55,946 nt of DNA, taken from Rhodothermales bacterium (GTDB lineage: Bacteria; Bacteroidota; Rhodothermia; Rhodothermales; JAHQVL01). The notes below the pieces were generated by a model, which was given only the letters and a program-made list of their open reading frames with translations, ran no database searches and had not been told where the DNA came from. Positions 7,306-15,810 of the stretch are shown one piece after another. The stretch's first letter is position 1. Every line of letters starts with the position of its first letter. Position numbers and translations under genes: made by a program. Location: contig JBGCEN010000281.1 in NCBI GenBank assembly GCA_045106435.1, forward strand, positions 1 through 55,946. The letters run 5' to 3'.

Positions 7306-9213
7306 ATGGACAATATTGCTCCCCGCAGTAACCCACTTCATAAACGCTGGATTACTTTAGGTATTGCTGGTTTGCTCTTCATAAGCCCCAGCGTATTGCA
7401 AGGTTGCGATGCCCTGACCGGCGCTGAAGAAAATGAAGCTCAACTACAATTTGACGACCGCGTTAACGTAAAAGCGGCTCAACAAGAAAACAAACTTAGA
7501 CACCCTGCGCTTCTGACTGGCGCAAAAAGACAATTTACTGGTTCAGCTGGTAAAACAGGCGAGGCCACAAGTCTCTTCCTTGCATTCAACGGGTACGAAG
7601 CAGATGGCATTACCCCACGTGTGCTCAACAAATTCGAAGTCACGAATCGCATCCTTGAGGAATACGGCATCACGCGACGCGTATTAGGCAAATATGGAAT
7701 CACAAAACGTGTTTTAAGCCAATATGATGTTACCAGACGCATTCTCCAGCAATACGATATAACGCGGCGCATCCTGGACAAATATGGCATAACACCACGC
7801 GTTCTGAGTAAATACAATGACCAGCTTTCAGTTGATCTTTTAAACAGCAATGGACTCACTGCCGACGTCCTTGCAGAAGAAGGATTAACGCAAGAGGATC
7901 TGGATGACTTCAACAACCTCTCCCGTCTACTTAACGAACATGATCTAACCCTGGAAACGTTTGTTGCAGAGCTAGACGCAGCCATATCATCCATTCGAGT
8001 CAAAATATTTATCGATGGTGTTCACCTGGGCGTTTCTATCGAACTAAACTCTGATCTACTTGCCGATCTGCTTGATGAAATAGCAGATGATCCAGACATT
8101 CTGTTCGTCGAGCCAGACATAACAATTCAAATCTCTGAGTTGGGGATGTTGAGCGACGGTAATCAGCAGAATCAGATTATCCCCTGGGGCAATACAAATG
8201 TTGACGCGGTGACCTCATCATCAGAAGCGATGTGGACTGCCAAATATTTCACAAATCAATTACGCGTATATGTCCTTGATTCAGGATCAATGAATACTTC
8301 GGGCTGGGATGATGCCATGGTGGAAGAACAAAAAGACTTCACGATGCTTTTCGAGAACCCGGATGAAATGTACTGGGAAGAAGATGATGCTCAGGATGTT
8401 ACAGGATTTGACCCAGGTACGCGAGGCAATCCACTAGACGAATCCGGGCATGGGTCGCACGTCGCCGGCACCATTGGCGCAATGAATAACAAGTTCGGAA
8501 TTATCGGTGTCGCACCGGGTGTATCCATCCATAGCTTAAAAGTGCTGACCAAAGAAGGCAGAACCGACATCACAACCTTACTTGCAGCGGTAGACTATGT
8601 AACACGTGCCAAGCTTAACAACCCAGCCATTCCTATGGTTGTGAACATGAGTCTGGGCGTTGACATTGGGACCACAACCTACAACGTGCTTGATGAAGCC
8701 ATCGAAGCTTCGATTGAGGCTGGCGTCATCTACGTAGTTGCAGCCGGCAATGATGGACAAAACGCTGCCACCTATTCACCAGCACACGTAACTGGTGCAA
8801 TCACGGTTGGTGCTTACAACGAACAGAACTTGTTCTCTTCCTTCTCCAACTATGGATCAAGTGTGGACATTCTTGCGCCGGGTGAAAATATCATTTCACT
8901 GTCACACAAGATCAACGAGACAAAGTCATTTGAGACAATCCTGGCAAGCGGTACGTCGCATGCAGCCCCTTATGTGACTGGCGCTGTTGCCTGGTATTTG
9001 GGCGACAACCCAAATGCAACCGCCGCGCAGGTCAAAGCTGCTTTGCTTGAATCCGCAAACACGGAAATTAACGGTGTCCCTGCCACCACAACGTTAAAAG
9101 CGCTCAATGTGGGCCGATTCACCGGGACAGCACAGGATACGGCTGCCGATGCCTCGGTAGATTCCATCAACGACGACGTCTTCACCAATGTCAAAAAAGA
9201 TAAAAAATGGTAA
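7306..9213 (+). CDS. Lipoprotein S8 subtilase B, paralog of 4034-6457 lacking the C-terminal beta-sandwich domain
   Basis: Lipobox LQG-C34; seven 10-aa repeats at aa 102-171; DDPDILFVEPD; D325 (VLDSG), H382 (GHGSHVAG), S551 (GTSHAAPYV). Confidence 0.92.
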   Translation: MDNIAPRSNPLHKRWITLGIAGLLFISPSVLQGCDALTGAEENEAQLQFDDRVNVKAAQQENKLRHPALLTGAKRQFTGSAGKTGEATSLFLAFNGYEADGITPRVLNKFEVTNRILEEYGITRRVLGKYGITKRVLSQYDVTRRILQQYDITRRILDKYGITPRVLSKYNDQLSVDLLNSNGLTADVLAEEGLTQEDLDDFNNLSRLLNEHDLTLETFVAELDAAISSIRVKIFIDGVHLGVSIELNSDLLADLLDEIADDPDILFVEPDITIQISELGMLSDGNQQNQIIPWGNTNVDAVTSSSEAMWTAKYFTNQLRVYVLDSGSMNTSGWDDAMVEEQKDFTMLFENPDEMYWEEDDAQDVTGFDPGTRGNPLDESGHGSHVAGTIGAMNNKFGIIGVAPGVSIHSLKVLTKEGRTDITTLLAAVDYVTRAKLNNPAIPMVVNMSLGVDIGTTTYNVLDEAIEASIEAGVIYVVAAGNDGQNAATYSPAHVTGAITVGAYNEQNLFSSFSNYGSSVDILAPGENIISLSHKINETKSFETILASGTSHAAPYVTGAVAWYLGDNPNATAAQVKAALLESANTEINGVPATTTLKALNVGRFTGTAQDTAADASVDSINDDVFTNVKKDKKW

Positions 9214-9282
9214 ACAGCCTCACCAGTATCAACATCTCTTAAATCTAGCTACAACACACCTTTACATAAACAGGAAAAAACT

Positions 9283-9366
9283 ATGTTTGACTATATATGG
9301 GATTTCTTTTTCGGCGGCGGCGGAGACGACATGGACTCAACAGAACGCGTTTTTGATCGGTTCTAA
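9283..9366 (+). CDS. Small peptide ORF copy 3, 27 aa: MFDYIWDFFFGGGGDDMDSTERVFDRF
   Basis: ATG 9283 to TAA 9366; upstream CAGGAAAAAACT (AGGA SD-like); 25/27 identical to copy 1. Confidence 0.82.
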   Translation: MFDYIWDFFFGGGGDDMDSTERVFDRF

Positions 9367-9451
9367 TCTGTAAGTATCCAATCCGCAATTCCGTCCCACA
9401 AGCGCATGATTTCACCCGCTTCCTTATGAACCTGTAACCATCAATTAAGCT

Positions 9452-9532
9452 ATGTATTGACACCTCCCAAACCTGTTCTTCGGCGGCGACTCAAGTAGAT
9501 GCAGACTCCATCCGATGCGTTTTGATCGCTCC
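9452..9532 (+). pseudogene. Decayed copy 4 of the small peptide family
   Basis: ATG TAT TGA (stop at codon 3), then AAC CTG TTC TTC GGC GGC GAC TCA (NLFFGGDS) and TTT GAT CGC (FDR). The middle reads VDADSIRCV only in a shifted frame. Confidence 0.65.
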
Positions 9533-9611
9533 TGGCCGGCACGTACTCACCTAAACCAACACTGTAAACAAAACACGCTACATTCGCTACACTCTAAAAA
9601 TCAGGAAAAAT

Positions 9612-9692
9612 ATGTTTGATTATCTATGGGACTTCTTTTTTGGCGGCGATTCTCCCGACGTACAGTCGCAACGCGTCTTCGACCGCTTTTAA
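9612..9692 (+). CDS. Small peptide ORF copy 5, 26 aa: MFDYLWDFFFGGDSPDVQSQRVFDRF
   Basis: ATG 9612 to TAA 9692; upstream TCAGGAAAAAT (AGGA SD-like); conserved termini. Confidence 0.82.
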   Translation: MFDYLWDFFFGGDSPDVQSQRVFDRF

Positions 9693-9745
9693 TTCTCACA
9701 CTTCATTACGACCTGGCCATCTGACGTATGGCAAGAAATACACAA

Positions 9746-9781
9746 AAAGAGCCGGCAGGCTCATCGACCTGCCGGCTCTTT
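9746..9781. terminator. Intrinsic terminator hairpin closing the S8/peptide cassettes
   Basis: AAAGAGCCGGCAGG / 8-nt loop / CCTGCCGGCTCTTT, a perfect 14-bp stem with A and T flanks. Confidence 0.8.
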
Positions 9782-9835
9782 AATTTCACAATCACCCGAT
9801 GTACTCCTGTATTTTTTCTCTGAAGTTTATCAACC

Positions 9836-10264
9836 ATGCGATTCTTTACGGCTGTTCTCTTGATCCTCCTGATGACTTTTGCACTCGGTGACTATCTGGT
9901 GAAGGAGCAAGAAGACAAAAAAATTGCACTCATCACCCCTAAAGATGCCAATGCCCAGTATGAAAAAGGCTTTCTCATCTACAAAACACACTGCCAAAAT
10001 TGTCATGGAAAACATGCGGACGGGAAAGGTAAATTCCCTGGACTAGAGAATCACACCCCTACAGATTTCACGTCTGCCGCGTTCGACAAAACGCCTAAAG
10101 AAATGAGGCAAGTAATTCGCGATGGCGGATTAGCATCGGGACTGGATCCTCTCATGCCCAAGTGGGACACAATTCTGAGCGAAACGGAAATCCGGCAGGT
10201 GGTTTACTTCATCTACACGGTTCATGAAGAAGGAGAAATGCGCAAGCGGATTCGAACCAGGTAG
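9836..10264 (+). CDS. Class I monoheme cytochrome c with N-terminal membrane anchor or signal
   Basis: CQNCH heme motif; probable axial Met in LMPKW; hydrophobic N-terminus. Confidence 0.85.
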   Translation: MRFFTAVLLILLMTFALGDYLVKEQEDKKIALITPKDANAQYEKGFLIYKTHCQNCHGKHADGKGKFPGLENHTPTDFTSAAFDKTPKEMRQVIRDGGLASGLDPLMPKWDTILSETEIRQVVYFIYTVHEEGEMRKRIRTR

Positions 10265-10342
10265 GCAATTCGAGAGATCTCTCAAATTGAAACAGGAATG
10301 TCTAATATGGCTTTTTAATAGCTTCCGGCTAAGGGCTGAAGA

Positions 10343-10366
10343 CCCTTCGACAGGCTCAGCATGACG
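10343..10366. repeat. Half copy of the REP-like repeat (CCCTTCGACAGGCTCAGCATGACG)
   Basis: Nearly identical to the right arm at 22490-22517 (TTTCGACAGGCTCAAGATGACG); lies between convergent genes. Confidence 0.6.
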
Positions 10367-10411
10367 CTCAAGCATAGTTTGCCCTCGTCAACTTTGTAAT
10401 CCGTGAATGAC

Positions 10412-11251
10412 TTACTTCAATATAAGCCGGACAGCAATCACGCCAATGCCCACCTGCATCGTTCCAAGTGCAACAGCGGAATACGTATCAAAACGCTCAA
10501 AACCCGGCCGCAAGTCAGGGTCTCCAGAATTCTCATATCTTGCATAGCGACGATCTGCCTTGGTCTTGAATCGTACGGCCATAACACCCGAAGCAAGAGC
10601 TACACCGCCGGCCACATAGTCAATCCAGCGGGTTGATTTATTGCCGGGTTTCCAAAACGCCTTTGCCAGTTCCTCTTCTACAATTTTGGTTTCCAGGCTG
10701 ATATAATGCTGATTCCAGATTTTCTCACCCGGCGTTATACGCAAGGGTTCAAATCCACTTTTTGTCACCAGCAGCATGCCACGGATCGGATCATCAATTG
10801 CATACAGCAAGGGTGTATCGCCAAGTAAAATGCGCTCGCCCGGCGTTTCTAGAAAGACCTGTGCATCGTATGGCACAGATTCGACCCGGTAATGATATAA
10901 GAAATCAAGATCGAGCACCAAGCTGTCTCCCTGTTCCGTTTCAAGGTCTGCAACCAGCGGAGACATAGACCACGAATCCAGATTCGGCGGCACCAACCGA
11001 AGCGTCTTGGTAGCATGCGACAGCGTAAAGAATTTATCTGATGCCCTGCCGATATAAACGGAATCAGCATAGACCATTGCATTCTCGACGTTGGTCCGAA
11101 TCTCAACAACCCGGCTGCTCAAGGCCTGAGCATGGCTCTGCGCCGGCATCCCGATTGCGCTTACCAGCAGGAGTGCCGCAAAGAGTCCGAACAAAAAACC
11201 CGTCTTTTTAACATTCCACGAACGTTCAATCATTTCAATTCTTCCCATCAT
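10412..11251 (-). CDS. Exported protein with PEGA-like beta domains and a hydrophobic C-terminal segment
   Basis: Signal-like N-terminus ending AQSHA; PEGA-like segments (VEIRTNVENAMVYADSVYIG; VESVPYDAQVFLE..LGDTPL, LVTKSGFEP). Confidence 0.55.
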   Translation of the reverse strand: MMGRIEMIERSWNVKKTGFLFGLFAALLLVSAIGMPAQSHAQALSSRVVEIRTNVENAMVYADSVYIGRASDKFFTLSHATKTLRLVPPNLDSWSMSPLVADLETEQGDSLVLDLDFLYHYRVESVPYDAQVFLETPGERILLGDTPLLYAIDDPIRGMLLVTKSGFEPLRITPGEKIWNQHYISLETKIVEEELAKAFWKPGNKSTRWIDYVAGGVALASGVMAVRFKTKADRRYARYENSGDPDLRPGFERFDTYSAVALGTMQVGIGVIAVRLILK

Positions 11252-11316
11252 ATACGCTCAGCGCTATTAACTTGCCAGTGTACCATGTCGTTGACAATTA
11301 GCAGGCATGTAGAAAT

Positions 11317-12495
11317 TTAAGGCGTCTCTTCCCCTTCGACCTCAGGTTCATCCGGAGTAAAAGACAATATCATTTGTGTTTCAGCTGTAACAATGATGCC
11401 ATTGCCATAGCCGGTGACAGCAGACTTCACGCGTCCGGTCACTTCATGGCTCCAAAGCTCAATACCCGTCGTTGCGTCAATCGCGTGTAAATTTTTACGC
11501 ATGGTACCAACGTACACCGTTTGATCGGTAAAGAGAGGAGCGGCACTGATTGCGCCATCAAGCGAAGTCATCCAGTTTACCTCTCCAGAAGATGCATCAA
11601 AAGAACGGACTTCGCCATTAGTGGCTGATACAACCAACTGCTTTTTAGCAGGAGAATAAGCCGGCGTTGAGAACCGCACCGAAGAATCAGGAAGCGCAAA
11701 CTGCCAGACAAGTTGACCATTCGACGCATCAATAGCAGACAGCCGACCACGCGTTGTCGGAACGTAAATTAACTCGCCATCTGTTGTAGCGGTATTATAA
11801 ACAGGAGCCCCGACACCAACATCCCAAAGCAATTGTCCATCCTGAAGCTGCAATGCAAAAAGAGACCCCAGTTCATCTGTTACATACACCTTGTCTCCAA
11901 TCGCAAGAGGAGATGCAACAACCGTTGTGCGATCAGCAAGTAGTGTGCGCCAGAGTTCTTCGCCAGTTGTTGCATCGATGGCAATAACATGCGCATCTCT
12001 ATCTACGGCAATCACCTTGCCGTCGGTGTAAAGCAAGCCGGCTTCCACAGGTTGGCCTTTCAGTGTCCATAGTTTTTTGCCACTTCTCAAATTATAAGCG
12101 ACAACAGATTTCTTGTCGCCGGCAACGGGTACAAATAGCATCCCGTCCCCAACAGTCATCCCGCCCTCGATTGGCGCATCGTGTTTAATTCGACCGATAC
12201 GTTTTCCATTGGACAGATTCATGCCATGTACCAACCCTTTGCGCGTACCAACAATCACGATATCGTTGACCACAAGTACACCCGAAGGCCCTGTACCAGC
12301 GCCGGCATCGTAACGCCACTGCTCGTACAAAGGTGGATCGATCGTAGACTGGGCTGTATGCTGGCGCTGTACAGTTGCACCTTCCATCGCCCAGTCGCCT
12401 TCGCCTGGTGTCATATCATGCGATACCTTTAACTTCAGGCATCCACTACTGACCACAAGCAGCAAACTGAATAAAATAAATCGGGGATACTTCAT
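11317..12495 (-). CDS. PQQ-like beta-propeller lipoprotein (BamB-like)
   Basis: Lipobox VSSG-C; repeated A.D..TG...W motifs (AIDATTGEELW, AIDASNGQLVW, AIDATTGIELW). Confidence 0.85.
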   Translation of the reverse strand: MKYPRFILFSLLLVVSSGCLKLKVSHDMTPGEGDWAMEGATVQRQHTAQSTIDPPLYEQWRYDAGAGTGPSGVLVVNDIVIVGTRKGLVHGMNLSNGKRIGRIKHDAPIEGGMTVGDGMLFVPVAGDKKSVVAYNLRSGKKLWTLKGQPVEAGLLYTDGKVIAVDRDAHVIAIDATTGEELWRTLLADRTTVVASPLAIGDKVYVTDELGSLFALQLQDGQLLWDVGVGAPVYNTATTDGELIYVPTTRGRLSAIDASNGQLVWQFALPDSSVRFSTPAYSPAKKQLVVSATNGEVRSFDASSGEVNWMTSLDGAISAAPLFTDQTVYVGTMRKNLHAIDATTGIELWSHEVTGRVKSAVTGYGNGIIVTAETQMILSFTPDEPEVEGEETP

Positions 12496-15449
12496 TAGAA
12501 ATCGTAACCAAAGAAGAACTGCTTGAAAATCTTATCAGAACGGGTCTTGAACCCATTGGAATACTGATAACCAAGATCGTATCGCAACACAAAACCGCCA
12601 AACAGATTCATCCGAAACCCGAGGCCGGCAGCGCCAAGTGTTTCTCCAACATTGATCACTTTATTCACATCATAATACCCATCATTCCACGCATGGGCAG
12701 CATCAAAGAATAGCGCACCGCGCAAACTGGCAATCCCGAACGGCGCCAATACAGGTATCAGCAACGAAGGATAATTCATGATCGGGAATCTCAGTTCGTG
12801 AGATGTAAACCACATATTCTTGCCTCGAACGCTGTACAATCGCTTGCCGCGAAGATCCCAGCTTCCACCAAGAATAAATAGCCGTGCTTCTCTCCCTCGA
12901 TTCATCCTACCCACAGCGCGCGATGCAAACGTTACCTGGTTGCCTATCCGCAAATAATTGCGAAAATCAGCCATAAACGTGTAGTAGTTTACATTCGAAT
13001 ATTTGATATCCGTAGTGTAAGCAGCCGTAAGATTGGCTCTCCATCCAGCCATTGGACCATTAAGTCCATACAGTGTATTGTCATGTACAACCGAGACGGC
13101 GTTCGACAAAAGCACTGCTTTACGGTTAATGCCCAGATGGGGTATTTCTCTGTGGCTTGTACTTATTGATGTACTCAGCTCAACCCGTTTGAACATGGAT
13201 ATCGGATAACTGATACCAGCATTTCCTCCATACATGGTTTCAAACACGTACGGGAATGCAGTTGAAGCATCGGGGTCGGTAATATCATAACGCTCACCGC
13301 CATGCCTGAATACGCCGTAGTTGAAGTTTGCACGTTTGTGAAACTGCACACGGTTGACAGCGACGTTCATGCTACGTATAAAATCTTGCCGGCTTCGCCC
13401 CAGGTTGTACAGCGTGACATACCATCGGTCGTTACTCATTAAGTCCGAGAACGAAACAAGTGCGCCACCATACGTCCCCAGGATGTGATTCTGGCTCACC
13501 TGACCTTGCGCGATATCCAACGAGTACTTACGCTTGTATGGTATAGATGTAGCTCCATCCCCATCTTCAACCTTGCCATACTCCCAATGAGAGCCCGTAC
13601 TCGCGAGATCGTGCTGAACAATATCTTTAGGCGCTGTAATCAACGAGTCAATCCCCGATAGCGTCCGAATGGAAAAGCTGCGTCGTTCAAAACTCGAAAA
13701 TATCACCTGATCATCTTTTGTCCATACCGGATCAAAAGCTGCCGTGGTGATGCTGGTAATTCGCTTGGCCTCTCTGGTTGTGAGCGGCTGATCCCAATAT
13801 CTGTTTGTTGGCGAGAATGTCGTTGCTACTACTGGCGGCACGCCAACAGACTGGTCCATGTCTATGGCCCAAATATCCTGTGCGCCGTACTTCCCACTGC
13901 TATCTTTACGCGCACTTGTAAATAAAACATGGTTACCATCCGGGCTCCAATGCGGAGAGAAGTCGTGGTGATCGCCGTGTGTCACATAATGGATGCTGCG
14001 TTCTTTCACATCAAACAAGAACAGATTGTATGCCCCATCTTTGCCGGCACCTGTCCGGTCTGAAGAAAACACAATCCGATTCCCATCAGGGCTCCAGGCG
14101 GGGTCCCGCTCATCGTAAATGTCATCCGTCAGCTTTTCGAGCACACCGGATTCCAGCGTGAAGATGTAAAGGTCTGAGAATCCCCCGCGATCAATAGACG
14201 AGAACGCAATGCGTTCGCCATCCGGGCTCCAGGTAGGAGAATAGATGGCCATCAAATCGCTAAACTGAAACGATCCTTGCAGGTAGTCGCCTTCCAGGTC
14301 GTAGATATGGATGCTATTGTTTTCACCGCTTTTCGTTACAAACGCCAGCCGGCCATCATTTGAAATACTGATGCGACTTTCGAAGAAATGGAACGATTCA
14401 AACCGTGTATCTCGTTCACCCTTGATAATCGCATGCTCTTTAGAGATCGGGCGATACAATGAATCGAGTGTGCGGTGGTACAGGTTCGTATACCCGGTAC
14501 GGTTGCCGATGTAATACACATTCCGGCTGCCATCTTCCTTCTCATAGTAAGAGGGTTTTGAGCTAAAGCCACGGACGGCAATAGGCGTAGAAGCAAGCGC
14601 CGGCGGGACCGCCTCTTCCAGAACGGGATAATACTGACTTTTCACCCAAACATCCCACGCTGCGGCAATTTCATCAAAGTCTTGATGGAGTGTTAACTCC
14701 ATTACCTTTTTAAAGTCTTTGTGCTTCCAGATATTATCAATGATTCGGAGAATCTTTTCCTCGCCATATTCCTCCGAGATAAACCGGCATATTGCTTCGC
14801 CCTGTTTATACATTTGGAAGGTGCCCCGAATCATGAACATGCTTTCAAGCGGGACAAAGTAATTGGAGAATAGTGCATCGCGAAGCACCATCTCATGCTG
14901 GTAATCAGGTTCACCTGACCAGTATTCAGCCAGCCCTTCAGTAAACCAGAGCGGGATTCGCTGCGTGAGCGGAATCCGATATTCCTTTAACGTTCGAAAT
15001 GACTTGAGGAATGTAAATACGTGAACAAGTTCGTGTCGAATGACTCGCTTAAATCTTGTGATCTCCCCATTGGCTGGTATCACGACCCGGCCTTTAAGGA
15101 ATTCAAAAAAACCACCCACCCCGTCAGGAATAAATCCTGGAAAAGTATTGGTCTGCTTGAAGTGCAGATTGGAAGAGTAAAAAATAATCGGTACGCGGTG
15201 GTTGAGCGAGTAATTAAATTTGTTCTCCAGCTCTTTATAAACTTCCTCAGCGAAGAACGCTCCATGCTCCGCCAACTCCTTCATTTCCGGGTAGTAATGG
15301 ATGTCAAAATGTTCTGTCTTTAGAACTTGCCAGTCAAAGTCTTCATACTGAATTTTATTTCGCCCAAAATGGAATTGTGCCTGTGCAAAATCAACCTGCG
15401 CAAAAATTATCAGGATAAACAACAATAGCCGGAGCTTTACTACCCGCAT
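12495..15449 (-). CDS. Omp85/BamA-family outer membrane protein fused to an N-terminal gluzincin-like (HEXXH) domain and a TolB-like PD40 beta-propeller
   Basis: HELVH (aa 139-143) plus WFTEGLAEY; PD40 repeats (PTWSPDG, PAWSPDG, PHWSPDG); C-terminal barrel with LGGSWDLRG, ALFFDA, LRYDLG and terminal F. Confidence 0.82.
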   Translation of the reverse strand: MRVVKLRLLLFILIIFAQVDFAQAQFHFGRNKIQYEDFDWQVLKTEHFDIHYYPEMKELAEHGAFFAEEVYKELENKFNYSLNHRVPIIFYSSNLHFKQTNTFPGFIPDGVGGFFEFLKGRVVIPANGEITRFKRVIRHELVHVFTFLKSFRTLKEYRIPLTQRIPLWFTEGLAEYWSGEPDYQHEMVLRDALFSNYFVPLESMFMIRGTFQMYKQGEAICRFISEEYGEEKILRIIDNIWKHKDFKKVMELTLHQDFDEIAAAWDVWVKSQYYPVLEEAVPPALASTPIAVRGFSSKPSYYEKEDGSRNVYYIGNRTGYTNLYHRTLDSLYRPISKEHAIIKGERDTRFESFHFFESRISISNDGRLAFVTKSGENNSIHIYDLEGDYLQGSFQFSDLMAIYSPTWSPDGERIAFSSIDRGGFSDLYIFTLESGVLEKLTDDIYDERDPAWSPDGNRIVFSSDRTGAGKDGAYNLFLFDVKERSIHYVTHGDHHDFSPHWSPDGNHVLFTSARKDSSGKYGAQDIWAIDMDQSVGVPPVVATTFSPTNRYWDQPLTTREAKRITSITTAAFDPVWTKDDQVIFSSFERRSFSIRTLSGIDSLITAPKDIVQHDLASTGSHWEYGKVEDGDGATSIPYKRKYSLDIAQGQVSQNHILGTYGGALVSFSDLMSNDRWYVTLYNLGRSRQDFIRSMNVAVNRVQFHKRANFNYGVFRHGGERYDITDPDASTAFPYVFETMYGGNAGISYPISMFKRVELSTSISTSHREIPHLGINRKAVLLSNAVSVVHDNTLYGLNGPMAGWRANLTAAYTTDIKYSNVNYYTFMADFRNYLRIGNQVTFASRAVGRMNRGREARLFILGGSWDLRGKRLYSVRGKNMWFTSHELRFPIMNYPSLLIPVLAPFGIASLRGALFFDAAHAWNDGYYDVNKVINVGETLGAAGLGFRMNLFGGFVLRYDLGYQYSNGFKTRSDKIFKQFFFGYDF

Positions 15450-15810
15450 GAGAAGTCACTCGTCAAAAAGCATGAGACAAATAATGTGTGGCGAGCCTTT
15501 GTCATTTCTCAGGGAAAAACACTTGAAGGATCACAATAAAGTATTTTCTATTCCCGGAACGACTTATCTAATTATTCAGTGCTCCCAGCATCAACCGCAA
15601 TCATAATCATCCACTAACAGCACTTCTTATAATATCGTATAAATTGGCTACTATATTCAGGCAAAAGTCGTTCCCCTACCTGTAGCAAGATCTTCACTTT
15701 TACCAGAACAAAAAGAAGGTAATCTAAAAACTCTGTGAGCGATTAATGCTGGTGCATTATATATTGGTACACTTAAGCGTGGCCTATCAACCAGAGACCA
15801 GAATTACTCG

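Noticed and set aside
9188-9463. ORF-track entries 9188-9373 (+) and 9281-9463 (-)
   Set aside because: Alternative-frame or antisense shadows of peptide copy 3, with no conserved counterpart at the other copies.
6565-9692. Treating the ~84-bp repeated units as a CRISPR array or ncRNA repeat
   Set aside because: Units are too long, unevenly spaced and variable at third codon positions. Each has ATG/stop in frame and no cas gene is nearby. Coding conservation explains them better.
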